NCBI GenBank assembly: GCA_004431415.1
Contig: QPMI01000412.1
Span: 71,197 to 135,196, forward strand
Source of the DNA: Cyanophora paradoxa CCMP329
Taxonomy: Eukaryota > Plantae > Glaucophyta
DNA length: 64,000 nucleotides
Reading direction: 5' to 3'
In this document: positions 46,301-58,192 of the stretch, one piece after another
Position numbering within the stretch: position 1 is the first letter of the stretch
Layout: every line of letters starts with the position of its first letter
Program-made: the position numbers and the translations under genes
Notes under the pieces: generated by a model
What the model saw: the letters and a program-made list of their open reading frames with translations, nothing else
Told to the model about the DNA's origin: nothing
The model's database searches: none

Positions 46301-49300
46301 AGGAGCCGCTGGGCCCGTCGGACCTCTTCGACAGCCTGTACATCGCGGAGGTGGCGCCCCCGAAGGCCACCGCCCCCCTCCCCGTCGACCGCCTCGAAAT
46401 GCGTGCGTCAGCCCCCGCCCCGCCCCGCGCCGGCCCCGGGGCGGAGGGTGACGGGGCGGGGCGGCAGGGGAGCTGGGCCTGCAGGAGCGGCGGGTGCGGG
46501 CGGGGTACCTGCTGCGGGGGGCGGCGGTGGAGCGGCAGGCGGCGCTGGAGGAGCTGGCGCACAAGCAGCGCATCTGGGGCGCCATGGAGCTCGAGGTCGA
46601 GGGCCTGCGCGCCGGCCGCGACCGCGACGCGCGCCTCATCGCCGCCCTCACCGCCGACCTCGACGAGGCGCGGCGCGCGCTGGAGGCCTCGCGGGCGGAG
46701 GGTGCCGACGTTCGGGCCGAGCTGCGGCGGGTGCGGGAGACGAGCGCGGAGGCGCTGCTGGACGCGCACCGCGAGGGCGAGCTGCTGCGGCGCGAGATCT
46801 CGGAGCGCATCGAGGCGCTCGCCAAGGCGGAAGGGGACCTCTCGCGGGCCCGCGCCGCCCTCCAGCAGCGCGACGCCCTCGTCCGCTCCCTCGAGGAGCG
46901 CATCGTCTCAGCCCGCCGCGAGGCCGAGGCCGAGGCCGCCTCGCTGCGCTCCGAGATGGAGAAGCAGGAGGCCGCCCTCACCGCCCGCATGGAGGGCGCC
47001 ATGGGCGAGCTCCGCACCGCCCTCGAGGACGCCACCGCCGAGGCCCGCGCCGCCGCCGCCCGCGCCGAGGCGGCGAGCGAGGCCGCCGGGGCGCTGGAGG
47101 CGGAGCTGGGGGAGGCGAGGGAGGCGGGGCGGGCGGAGGAGGCGCGTGCGGCCGGGCTGGAGCGGGAGGCGGCGGTGCTGCGGGTGGACCTCGCGGAGGC
47201 GCGGGAGCAGCTGCGAGCGGCGCGGGAGGAGGCGGCGAACGCGCGGGCGCGGGCCGACAAGGCGGAGGCCGACCTCGAGGCGCTCCACGCGGAGGCCGCC
47301 GAGGCCGCCGAGCGCGCCGCCGCCGCCCTCCACGCCGCCCACCTCGTCCGCCCGCCCGCCCCGCCCGCCCCGCCGTGCTGCCGGGCCCGACGCCGCGCCG
47401 CAGGAGATGCAGGAGCTCGAGGCGGAGAACGCGCGCGCCGTGGCCTCGAGCCGGGGCCGCCGGCCCTCCAACGCCGGCGCGAGCGCCCAGGGCCACCGCA
47501 AGCTGAGCGCCGCGGGAGAGCCGCACGGGCGGCGCAAGTCGCAGCACGCCGGCAGCGGGCAGCGCTCGCGGGCGCCCTCGATCTCGATCGACGCGTCGCC
47601 CGGGGAGGGGCCCCGAGCCCGCTTCCGGGACGCTGCGGCCGCCGAGCACGGAGGCGCCGCGGCGGCGGGGCTCGCGGGAGGTGCCGGGCGGGGCCGGCGG
47701 GCGTCGGAGGCGATCGGGGATGCCCTGGCGCACTTTGAAGCGATGAAGGCGGCGGCCGCGCAGCACGCCGCCGCCTCGCCCGACGAGGGCCCCGACGCCG
47801 AGCTCAGCAGCAGCCTCCACAGCGGCGGCCGCCTCGGCACCGCCCCGACCCGCGCGGGCCGGCGGCCGGCGGGCCGGCAGCCGCGGCGGGGGCAGCCTGC
47901 GGTCGCTGGGGCAGCTGGGGCGGGGCGCGCGGGCGGCGGCGGCGGGCGGCGGGGAGGCGGACCTGGCGCGGCAGCTGCTGGAGGCCCTCGACCACGCCGT
48001 CGCCGGCAGCGACGACGAGGGCGACGGCGAGGGCGAGGGCGCCGCCAGGGAGGCCCCGGCCAGCGCCCCGGCGAGCGCCCCGGCGAGCGGCCTGGCGGAG
48101 TCGATGTCCCGCGGGCGGCGGCTGCAGCAGCGGCGGCGGAGTGCCAGCGCTCGGGCCGGAGCCGGCCTCGGCGGAGGGACGCGGCCGAGCAGCGAGGCGG
48201 GGCCGCGCGCGGCGGCGGCGGGGCCGGCGGGAGGGCGAGGCGGGGCGGGCGAGGGCGGCGAAGAAGAAGGACCGGATGGGCCTGCTGGAGCTGGCGAAGC
48301 GCCTCGGGAGGCCCTCGAGGTGGAGCGCCGCATGCGCGAGGAGGCCGAGGAGTGCGTGGAGGGGATGCGCGCCGAGGTCCAGCGCGAGCGCGACCGCCGC
48401 GCCGCCGACCTCGCCGCCGCCGCCGCGCGGCCGCCTCGCCCGAGGGCTCGGAGGCGACCCCGGAGGAGCGGGTGCGGCTGGTGCGGGCGCACCAGGACGC
48501 CCTGCGCGAGGCCGAGGAGGCGTCCCGCGAGGCCGAGGCGGCGCGCGACGAGGCCGAGGCCCAGCGGCGCGCCCGCGAGCTCCTGGAGCAGGAGCTCGTG
48601 CAGCTGCGGGCGCAGCTGGCGGCCCTGCGGGAGCAGGCGGAGGCGGAGGAGGAGGAGCGCATCCGCTGGGAGGCCGAGCAGCGCGAGCGCATGCGCGCCC
48701 TCGTCCAGGGCGGCGGGGCGGCCCCCGACGCGCCCCCCGCCGAGTCCCCCGGCGGCCTCCGCCCGCCCTCGGGGGGCAAGGACAAGGGCAAGGCGGCCGC
48801 CTCGCCGCGCAAGCGGCCCTCCCTCCTCTCCGTCATCGAGGCGGCCGCCGCCACCTCGCCGCGGAGGCAGCAGCCGCCCCCGTCCCCGGCGGGGCCGCCG
48901 GCGCTGCGGCGGCGGCGGCGCTGGAGGGCGGGTGGAGGCGCTGGAGGGGCGGCTCGGGGCGCTGCTGGGGAGGGCCTCTTCGAGGACGCGCGCTCCCGCG
49001 AGCTCGCCGAGCGGCTGCGGCTGCTCGAGGACCTCGCCGCCCTCGACGCCGCCGACGCCGCCGCCCCCTCCCCCGCCGCCGCCCCGCCCCTCCCCGCGGA
49101 GCCCCGGCGGGGCCGCCCCGCCCCTGGGGGCGGCCGAGCGGGCGCGGCGCGTGCTGGGGATCTTCCGGCGGGAGATGCGGGGCGACCTGCGGCGCGCCTC
49201 CCTGCAGGTCGCCCTCGGCTCGGCGCCCCCTCGCGGCCGCCCTCGGGCCACGCCTCGGCACCCTCGGCGGGGACGGCGCCGCCCGGGGTGCGCTCGCAGG

Positions 49301-49878
49301 CGTGGCTGGGCCGCACGCTGCACGCCATCTACGAGGAGAAGCTCCTCGCCGACCTCGCCGCCTACCGCGCCGGGCCCGGCGCCCCCGTCGAGCCCCTCGC
49401 CTGCGCCGTCCTCGACTGGGCGCAGCGCCGCTACGGCCTGCGGGCCCTCGTGGAGGCGGCCATCGGGGAGCTCGCGCGCGCCGTCGGGCACCACCGCGCG
49501 GCCGCCCCGAGGCGGCCGCCTTCGCCGCCTTCCTCGAGGGGGCGCGGCGCGGGCGCAGCACCTCACCTTCTACCTCACCTGCCGCGCCATGATCTTCGCC
49601 CCGGGGCCCGCCGCCGCCCTCGCAGCCCCGGGCACGGCGGCCCCCGCGGCCCCGGCCCGTTCCTGCCCGGCGAGGCGGGGCGGCGGCAGGTGCCGCTCGC
49701 CTTCGCGCTGGACGTGGCGGCGAAGGCGCTGGAGGGGCCGGCCCGAGGCGGTGGAGCGGGCGGCGGGGCGGCTGCGGGGCGAGGCGGGGCCGGAGGGGGC
49801 GCTGAAGGCGAGCGCGCTGCTGGCGTCGCTGGTGGAGGAGTTCGGGCGGCCCTCGAGGCCTTCGAGGCCCGCGCCGAG

Positions 49879-49913
<35 letters not shown>

Positions 49914-50905
49914 GCGCAGGGCGGCCTCGACTTCGCCGCCTTCGGGCGGCTCGTGCGGCGGCTCCTGCCGGGCTGGCCCGAGGCGGCCGCCCGGCGGCTC
50001 TTCGAGGAGGCGGGCGGGCGGAGGGCCGCCCCTGCCCTCCCCGCCTTCCGCGCCCTCCGCGCCTCCCGCCACTTCTTCATGCAGCGCCTCGCCACGCCGG
50101 CCCTCCTCCGCGACCTCGCCGCCGTCGCCCCCGCCCCGCCCCGCCGGGGCCCCGACGAGGGCGGCCCCGCGGGGACCGCGAGCGCGACCGCGAGCGCGAC
50201 GCGCGCGTGACCATCGCCGAGGGCTCGGGCGGCGAGGAGCCCTCGAGCAGCGACGGCGAGCGCTCGCCCCGGCAGCGCCGCCGCGCCCCGCGCCCCTCCG
50301 AGAAGCAGCAGCAGCAGCAGCAGCAGGGCCGCCGGGCGCGCGGCCGGCGGGGTGGAACGTGCACGGGCACCCGAGCGCGAGCTCGATCCCGGCGGGAGCG
50401 GCGGCGCCGGCGCCCGACACCCGGCGGAACTGGACGCTCTCGGTGGCGGACCTGCTCGCGGCCGGGCCGCGGCGGGGCGCGGGCGCGGGGCGGGGACCCC
50501 GCGTCGGCGTCGACGCCGGCGCTGCGGGAGGCGACGGTGGAGGTGGCGGTGGGCGCCCTCGTGCCCCCGCGCCCCTCGAGAAGGTCCTCGGCATGGTCGC
50601 GAGCCACTGGGCCGGCGTCCGCGACGTCGCCTTCTGGAAGAACTGGCAGGTCAAGCTCGAGAAGACCGCCGCCGCCTCCGCCGCCCCGCGCCGCCGCCGC
50701 AGCCCGCCCGCGCCGAGGCCGTCACGGCGGCCTTCGCCGCGCAGAGGCCGGCGGGGGCCCGTCGGTGCGGCGCGGGCGGCCGCCGATCGCGCCCCTGATG
50801 CTCCCCGCCGAGGCGCACGCCGCCGCCCTCGCCCAGCAGCGCGCCGCCTCCCCGCACGTCGCCTCCGCCGCCTCCCTGCCCCGCGGCTGGGAGGCCGACC
50901 CCTGA
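43385..50905 (+). CDS. Large coiled-coil protein with a TSNAXIP1-like N-terminal domain; snoRNA host gene (3' half shows apparent frameshift errors)
   Basis: LEALESFIAA/ELAIL..RLRIYLVCMEQLSAEFKIYGPLLSIIK/REF; long coiled coils; globular WLGRTLHAIYEEKLLAD..RRYGLRALV segment. Two oversized introns at 44114-44503 and 45455-46302. Confidence 0.7.
44166..44256 (+). ncRNA. Box C/D snoRNA, family 1, copy a
   Basis: C box ATGATGA 44175; D' ATGA; C' GCGATGA; D box CTGA 44244; terminal CGCC/GGCG stem; D' guide ATTCCCTTTCGA complementary to conserved LSU rRNA UCGAAAGGGAAU. Confidence 0.85.
44344..44440 (+). ncRNA. Box C/D snoRNA, family 1, copy b
   Basis: C box CTGATGA 44356; same D' guide, D' and C'; D box CTGA 44425; different terminal stem GCGCGTT/GACGCGC. 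Confidence 0.85.
45555..45655 (+). ncRNA. Box C/D snoRNA, family 2, type A, copy 1
   Basis: AGGATGA 45565, CTGA 45644, stem AAGCGC/GCGCTT, D guide TATGTCTGGACC complementary to SSU rRNA GGUCCRGACAUA. Confidence 0.87.
45682..45735 (+). pseudogene. Truncated, degenerate family-2 type B snoRNA copy
   Basis: C box decayed to GGGATTA, D' to ATAA, 3' half missing; retains ATTTCCCTGTTAGT. Confidence 0.65.
45739..45839 (+). ncRNA. Box C/D snoRNA, family 2, type A, copy 2
   Basis: AGGATGA 45749, CTGA 45828, stem AAGCGC/GCGCTT. Confidence 0.87.
45866..45961 (+). ncRNA. Box C/D snoRNA, family 2, type B, copy 1
   Basis: AGGATGA 45874, CTGA 45952, stem GCGGC/GCCGC, D guide TATGTTCGGACC. Confidence 0.87.
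45986..46090 (+). ncRNA. Box C/D snoRNA, family 2, type A, copy 3
   Basis: AGGATGA 45997, CTGA 46077, stem GAGCGC/GCGCTC. Confidence 0.87.
46128..46230 (+). ncRNA. Box C/D snoRNA, family 2, type B, copy 2
   Basis: AGGATGA 46139, CTGA 46217, stem TGAGCGC/GCGCTCA. Confidence 0.87.
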
Positions 50906-51156
50906 GTCGGGCCCCGGGCCCGCGCCCCCCGCCTCTCTCTTTTTCAAACGCTTTTTGCCTTTCAACGCCAAACGACTTTTCTGTAAAGCGAAGCAGGAGC
51001 CCCCTGCTCGATTTCTGTGCACAGATGCCATTCAATTCGCGCCCTCCTAGTTTATGTTTGGTTAGCCTTGTAGGTTGATTATGGGATCGCTGTATTATTG
51101 TTGTATCCATACGTTTGCACTGTCGAATTGTAGAGTAATGTGTCCGTGCTCGTGCA

Positions 51157-54100
51157 CTACGAGCGGCCGGCGCTGGTGGGAGGGGCGAGGCCGCCGCTGG
51201 TGGGAGGGGCGAGGCCTCCGCGCCCGCCGAGGGAGACGGGGGCCGCGAGGGCGCTCGAGAGGGCGGCCAGGTTGGACGCAGAGAGGGGCGCGATGCTGAT
51301 GGAGACGTTGTTGAGGCCTCCGGGCGAGAGGCCTCCGGGCGAGAGACCGCCGCCAGGCGAGAGGCCGCCGCCGAGGGAGAGACCTCCGGGGGAGAGGCCG
51401 CCCGGGGGGGCGAGGCCGCCGGAGGGGACGGCGAGGGGGCGGCCGGGGCCGGGGCCGAAGGCGGCGTGCAGGAGGGAGGAGGGGTGGAGGCCGGTGGGGG
51501 AGGGCAGGCCCCCGAAGTCGCCCGAGGGCGGGGCGGCGGCGCTGCGGGGCGAGCTGTTGACGGATCCGGAGGCCGGCTGCGCGGGGTCCGCCGAGTTGAG
51601 GGGCGGCCCCGCGGTGAGGAGCTCGTTGGACTGGATGGGGGCGGCGCGGGGTGGCTTCTTGGTGTAGCGGCGGACGTTGTTCTGCTTGAAGCAGGCCATG
51701 AAGTTGTTGACGGTGATGGTGAGCATGTCGGGGACCTTTCGCTCGGGCCGCGAGGCGGCGCTGGTGCCCGACGTGCCGGACATGCCGGAGAGGACGGAGC
51801 CCTCGGAGAGGGCGAGCTTGCCGCCGGTGCGGCTCATGGCCTTGCCGTAGACGCGCCAGAGGAGCAGGTCGAGGGCGCGGAGCGGGTGCTCGGGGTCGAG
51901 CCGCAGGATCGCCTCCCGGATGGCCCCCGCCGTCAGCAGCCGCGCCCCGTCCCCCTCCACCAGCTCCAGCAGCTGCCCCGCCGTCAGCGGGGCGGGGGCG
52001 GGGCGGGGCGGGGCGGGGCGGGGCGGGGGCGACCGTCTCCTGGACCTCGAGGATGTACTCCTCGCGCTCCTCGACCTGCTGGGCGCGGATGGTCTCGATG
52101 AAGGCCGACTGGTCCCCGTCCTCGTTCTCCTCGAAGAGCTTCTCGTACGTCACGATCTTCCCCTTCTCGTCCGCCTCCAGCGCCTCCAGGATCTCCCCGT
52201 ACCGCTCGTCGCTCTTCGCTGCGCGCGCCCCGCCGCCCTCGGCCCCCGCCGCCGCCGCCGCCGCCCCGGCCCGCGGCCCCGCGGGGGCGCACCGGGGAAG
52301 AACTTGCGGAGGACGGCGCGCATGTGCTCCTTGGACATGCGGCCGGTCTTCTTGGCGTCCCAGGCCTGCAGGTGGGCCCGCAGCTCGTCCAGCATCGCCA
52401 TGCTCGCCACGTACACCTCCTCCTCCACCTCCCCGATCAGGATCTTGTAGAAGCTGCGCGGCGGGGCGGTGAGAGGGGCCCGGCGGGGGCGGAGGGGGGG
52501 CGAGGGCGGGGGCGTGCATGTCGACGTCCGCTGCGCCGCCCCGCGGGCCCCGCGTCGGCGCCGGCGCGGCGGGGGAGGGGGCGGCGGTCGGCACCGTCGT
52601 AGGGGAAGCGCTTGCAGGCGTCCACGATGTTGTAAGACCACTCCACCACCAGCTGCCCGCGCGTGCACGAGGCGAGGCTCAGCCCGCGCCCCGCGCCCCG
52701 CGCCCCGCACCCCATCACGGCCGGCGCACCTCGTGCCTGCCTGCAGCCGATGGTCAGCGGGGCGCGGCAGGGGCGGAGCGGGGCGGGACGGGGCGGGGCG
52801 GGGCGGGGCCGCACGGTACTTGGACTGGAGGTAGGCCATCATGGCCTGGCCGAGGGTCTGCTTCTTGTGGCCGTACTGCTGCTTGTGCTTCCAGACGGCC
52901 TTGATGATTGCCTCGAGGTCGCCCTTGGGCATGCGCTTGTTGCGCACCGTCCCCTCCCACTTGAGCCACTCGGGCACCTCGGGGCCCGTGCCGAGGCCGG
53001 TGAAGAGCGGGTCGTCGCAGGGCATCTTCTGCTTGAGGCGGTGGAGCTCGAACCAGAGCTTCTCGACCTCCTGCACGAGCCGCGTGACGAGGGCCGTCGT
53101 CGGGATCTTGAAGCCGGCCGGGAGGCCCCCGAAGACCTCCGCCAGGAAGGGAGGGATGCGCGGCCTCGCCGCCTCCTCCTCCTTCGGCGCCGCCGCCGTC
53201 ACCTCCAGCTTCAGGCCCTTGCCCTTGGCGCCCTTCACCGTCCGCATGGAGCCGCCGGCGGCGGGGGAGCGGGCGCGGGGCTTCTCGCCCCAGCCCCAGT
53301 GGCTGAGGTCGGGGCGGGGCGTGAGGCGCGCGGCGAGGTCGTCCCGCTCCTTGGTCGTGCTCGCCAGCCGCGCCGCCACCTTCCTGTCCGCCCCGCCCGC
53401 CTCGGCCCGGCCCCGCCCTCCGCCCCGCCCCGGCCCGCGACGCCCCGGGCGGCGCACTTGTGGGCGTTCTGTAGGGAGGAGTACTCCGCCTGCAGCTGCT
53501 CGCACGTCTTCCGCTGCGCCCGCAGCTCCGCCTCCAGCGCCTCCGCCCGGTCCGTCGCCCCTTTCAGCGCCTCCCCCGCCGTCTGCCGGCGCTCCGCGTC
53601 GGCCCCGGCCCCGCCTCCGCCCCCCGCCTCTGCGCACCTTCTGCTGCGCGTCCACCTGCTTGAGCCTCGCCGCCGCTGCGCGCCGAGGGGCGTCAGCGGG
53701 GCCGGGGCGGGGCGGGCGGGGCGGCGGGGGCGGGGCGGGCGGGCCCTGCTCGTAGCGGCCCTTGAAGTCCTCGTTTTCCTGCGACGTCTCCTTGTAGCGC
53801 GCCAGGGAGACCCCAGCAGCTGCGCCCCGCCCGCCCCGCCTCAGCCGTCGCCCCGGCCCCGCGCGCCCTGCGCGGCCGGCGGGCGGGCGCGCGCCCTGCT
53901 CGTCTCCATCGCCTCCTTCGAGTCGGCTTTGGCCCGATCCGCCTCACCTGCCGCGCCGCCCTCGGCCGGGCGGCCCGGCGGCCCGGCGGCGGGGCCCGCG
54001 GCGCGCACGCTTGGCCTTCTCGGCGGTGGCGAGCAGCTCGGCCTCGCGCAGCTTCCACGCCTCCGCCTCCCGCCGCAGCCGCGCCGCCTCTTTCCTGCCG

Positions 54101-55095
54101 CCCGCCCCTCGGAGGCCGCCGCAGGGGTCGGGGCCCTGGCGGGGGCGGGGGCGGGGGCGGACGAGAGGGCGGCGACGCGCTCCTCGTAGTCGTGGCGGGC
54201 CTCGGCGACCACCTCCTGGACGTCCTCGCGGTAGTACTGCACCTCCTCCTCCATCGCCCGCTGCTTCTCCAGCAGCCCCCCGCTCGCCGCCACCGCCCCG
54301 TCGTACTCCGCCTTGATCCGCGCCAGCAGCGGCCGGTAGATGCGGAACGCCGCCACCACCTTGTCTGCGCCCCGCTCGCACCCGCCCCGGCCCGCCCCGC
54401 GGCACGGCGCGGCGCGCGGACCGAAGGCGGTGGAGAAGACGCGGAGGCGGGCGCCGAGTGGCTCCCTGCGCGGCGTGAGGCGGCGCGGGGCGGCCCCAGC
54501 GGGGCGGCCGCGGCGGGGCGGGGCGGGGCGGGCGCACTGGCGCTCGTCGGGGGAGAGCTCGCGGAGGGCGGCCTCGATGAAGTCCTCCACCTGCGCCAGG
54601 AAGCGCGGCTTCGGCGCCTCCGGCTCGAACGTCACCGCCCCCGCCGCCTCCGCCGAGACCAGCGCCGACGCCAGCGGCGACGTCGAGCGCTTGACGCCCA
54701 GCTCCAGCGCCCGCGCCCCGATCCCCTTCGTCCACCGGTACTCCTCGGGGATCCCGAGCTCCGCCTTGCTGATGTGCGTCGGCGAGAGCCGCCCGCCCGC
54801 CTTCCCCGCCTTCGGGTCCGGCGTCCGCGCCGGCCCGCCCGCCGCCTCCATTGGCTCCAGCCTGCGCCCCCTCAGCGGCGCCGCAGGGCCCGTCAGCACG
54901 CGTGCGCGCCGCTGCGCACCTCGGCATCGAGCGGCTGCCCTGGCCGAGCGGGTGCGAGTAGAGTTTGCGCTGGCCCGCGCCGCCCAGCCCCGTGGTGTAG
55001 AATTGGATGCGGGGCCCCGACTTCTGCTCCATGCGGAGCAGAGTGCCGGGCGTTTTAACCCCTACGGCAGCTTCCTGGACTGGAACGCCAGCCAT
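51157..55095 (-). CDS. TSNAXIP1: Translin-associated factor X-interacting protein 1 homolog (cilia/flagella-associated), multi-exon
   Basis: PKPRFLAQVEDFI..RLRVFSTAF..FRIYRPLLARIKAEYD; FTGLGTGPEVPEWLKWEGTVRNKRM; EWSYNIVDAC..FYKILIGEVEEEVY; LFEENEDGDQSAFIETIRAQ. GGLSP-repeat tail. Confidence 0.85.
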
Positions 55096-55406
55096 AGCTA
55101 TGCCCTAAATCGGAAAGCTCGCCCTGCCGCCGAGGCCCGGCGGAGGGGAGGAAGAAATAGCCTGCAGCCTGCTAATAGCTAGTGTACTGCGCTCGTTGAG
55201 CTACCTGCTTCGCGCCTCCGGGGGCGCAAGCCATGACCGATACGCAAGCCCAAAACGAGACTCGCGCGATCGCTCCCCAAGACGGATTGAAGCTGCTCAC
55301 GCTGCACGCTGCGCTTGTATACAGTAGGCTTCGTTTGCGCTTGCGAGGCCGATTTGAGAAATACTATACCCTCCCTCGTCGCTGCTAAGCGGCTGCTTCG
55401 CGAAAA

Positions 55407-56875
55407 ATGAGCGCCGCGCTGGGCTACGTGCTCTCGGGGGCGGGCCAGTCACTTGTTCTGCAGCAGCTGGCGTACCTAGGTGCTACTTCGCTGTTGAAAT
55501 GTGCAGAGCCGCAAACAAACCTCGTCGCGCAGGCGCGGCACACCCTCGTTCTATGCTTCCAGTGCTGGCCGTGTACGCTTTTACTATTAACATTATCCGC
55601 GTTTGCTGAGCAGGTGCGCAGGTACGGCGGAATGGCGCTGAGCGCTGTCATCGGCGCCGGCTCGCTGGCGCGCCTGCGCCGCGCGCGCCTCTCGAAGCCC
55701 CTGATGCTCTCGGCAACGCTCGACTTCCTAGCCCAGGCGCTCTGCACGGCCGGCGCATCGCTCGCAGGCGCGTGCGCACCAGCGCGCAGCCCTTCCTCCA
55801 GGGTCCTCTCTTGGTCACGAGCCCTTCCTCCAGGGTCCTCTGTCTTCCAGCTCGTGAACTCGGCCGTGGTGCCCGCCACCGCGTTGCTGGCGAGGGTCGC
55901 GCTGGGCCGGCGCATCGCGCGGAGGCAGCAGGCTGCGATCGGCCTCATCACAGCGGGCCTCCTCGCCATGTCGACAGTCGGGGGCGGCTCCTCTGCCGGC
56001 CCCTCCAAGGCGGGTGAGCAGCGATCCCGGCCCGGTGGGCCGCAAGCCTCGCCTCTCCCGACGGGCGCGGGCGGGCAGAGGTGGAGGGCCGGGTGGCGGC
56101 GGGGACGGCGCTCTCGCTGCTCGGGACGCTCATCTACGCCGCCGTGTTCGTCCTCGTGCGCGCACTCCGAACCCCGTCCCGCCGCCCCCGGGCGCCGCGC
56201 GCCGAACGCGCGCGGCGGCAGAACGAGGCGCTGCTGGGGGGCGGCGGGGGCAAGGGCGCGCGGCAGACCGGTACCTCGCCGGAGGAGGGCGGCCTGGCGG
56301 TCGGCCTCTCCGCCTCCGCCCTCTCCCTCGCCTGGCTCGCCTGCCACACGCTGCCCCGCTGGTCCGCCCGGCGCCCGCCCCGGCGCGCGCGGGCGCGGCG
56401 TCGACGGGGGCGAGCAGGGAGGAGCTGGTGGCGGCCCGGTGCGGGCGGGCGGGGCGGGGCGGGGGCGCTGCTGGCGCTGTTCGGGGCGCTGCTGCTGCTC
56501 GCCACGGCGAACAACCGCGCCTACTTCGCCCTCCTCGCCACCTCCGGCGCCGCCACCGTCGGCGCCCTCAACGTGCGTTCCCCGCCCGCCCGCCCGCCCG
56601 CCCCGCCCCGCCTCGCGGAGCCGAGGGCGGGCGGCAGGCGGCGCGCTCCGTCATCGTCCTCGCCGCCTCGCACGCCCTCTGGTGCCCCGCCCACGCTCCG
56701 CAGGCCCGCCCCCACGCCCGCCCGCCCGCGCCCCGCCCGCGAGCCGACGGGGCGGCAGTGCGCGACGGGGGCGCGAGCGCTGCTGGCGCCGCTGGTGCTC
56801 GCCGGCGTGGCGCTCTTTGCCGCCCCGCCGCCCCGCCCCGCCCCGCCCCGAGCCCGCGCATCCAGCGAGGAGTAG
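55407..56875 (+). CDS. Drug/metabolite (DMT, SLC35-like) transporter, multi-exon
   Basis: About 10 hydrophobic helices; LDFLAQALCTAG..GSSVFQLVNSAVVPATALLARVALGRRI..QAAIGLITAGL; ATSGAATVGALN/AARSVIV. Confidence 0.8.
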
Positions 56876-56894
56876 CCGCCTCGCGGCGAGTTCG

Positions 56895-57961
56895 CTATGG
56901 GTCCAGATCGATCACACTCCTCCGTGCAGCTGGCGCCGGGGCCGGGCGGGCGGGCGCCGGGGGGAGAGGAGCAGGGGGCGAGGAGGCACGCGCACTCGCC
57001 GGCGGGAGCTGGGCCGGGGGCGAGGGGGCCCGGGGCGGCCTCGCGCGGGGTCCGTCCTCGGGGGCCGGTGCCCCGGGGGCCCTCTTGGCTCTCCGCGCTG
57101 GCGCCGCTTCCGCCTCGGCCAGCTCGCCGCCGGCGCCCTGCTTCGCGGTGAGGCCGCGCGAAGAGCCGAAAGGCGGGCCGCCGGGCGGGGCGCACGGCGC
57201 GCGCCGGCCCGAGGGCCTCGCAGCGAACAACGGCGCAGAGCCTATCGGCCATGTACGATGAGTACCGCAGCTCCTCCTCCGCCTCCTCCGCCGCCGCCAG
57301 CGCTGCCCGCGCCCGCCGCTGCTGCGGCCCCGTGCGGCTCGCCTCGCCCTCGGGCGGCCGCGGCGGCGCCTGGGCGGGGCGCCGCGCGTCGGTCGCGGGG
57401 CGGGCGGGCGGGGCGAAGGCGAGGGGAGGGGCCGGGGCGTGCCTGGACGAGGACGTGGTGGCGCGGGGCGCCCTGCACGCCCTCCGTGAGGTGCACCTCC
57501 GCCGTGAACCGCAGCTCCCCGACTGCCGCCCCCGGGGGCCCTCAGCACGCCCCGCCCCGCAAGCCCCGAGGCGCCGGAGCGATTGGGCCGGGAGGGCGCC
57601 GCGCACCGATGTGGCCCTCCGGCTCCTCCCCTCTCCTCCGCTTGGGACCCTCGCGCACCGGGCCGACCTGGACGAGCGGCGGCAGGACCTGCCCACGCGT
57701 CAGAGGTTCGAAGGCCCTGGCTAAAGAACACGCGCCCCGCGCGCATGCGCAGCACCTCTCGCAGCGTTTCTACCAGAGCGTCGTAGTGCCTTTGCGCATC
57801 CGTGTTCAGCCTGCGGCGGTCGTTCGGCGCGCGTATTGCGAGACGCTAGCGCTGCAGCCGGCGACGCACCTCGGGAGGTCCGCCGTGCGGAAGTGGAGCA
57901 CGACGGGAAGCGCGAGGTATGGCCCAACGCGCAGCCAGAGGCGCATGCGCTTCGTCAGCAT
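56895..57961 (-). CDS. Hypothetical multi-exon protein
   Basis: MLTKRMRLWLRVGPYLALPVVLHF, LRFTAEVHLTEG..HHVLV, ELRYSSYMADRLCAVVRCEAL, with short introns. End uncertain. Confidence 0.5.
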
Positions 57962-58192
57962 ACGGATCCGCTGCTCGGCTCCCGTTCTGTTTTCGCTGGC
58001 GCAGCAGGAGGTCGCTGGCGCTGCAGGAGGTCGCTTGGGCCGCAGAGGGTCGCTGGCACTGCACACGAGTCCGAAAGTCGCCAAAACGTGACAGGCGTAC
58101 GCTAGATGTCGACGCTGCTGCTGGGGAAAACAAGTTGCAAGTGACAGGTGCCGGGCCTGGGTAGAACCCACTTCGTTCGCTAGAGAGCTCCG

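Noticed and set aside
47800-50905. Programmed frameshifting or pseudogene in the 3' half of the snoRNA host gene
   Set aside because: Frame changes fall in G/C homopolymers, the same error pattern as in duplication copy 2.
46282-51078. 1598-aa ORF and the many other long Arg/Pro/Gly-rich ORFs in the track
   Set aside because: Artefacts of stop-codon scarcity at very high GC: they read through introns, shift between true and false frames, or are antisense shadows.
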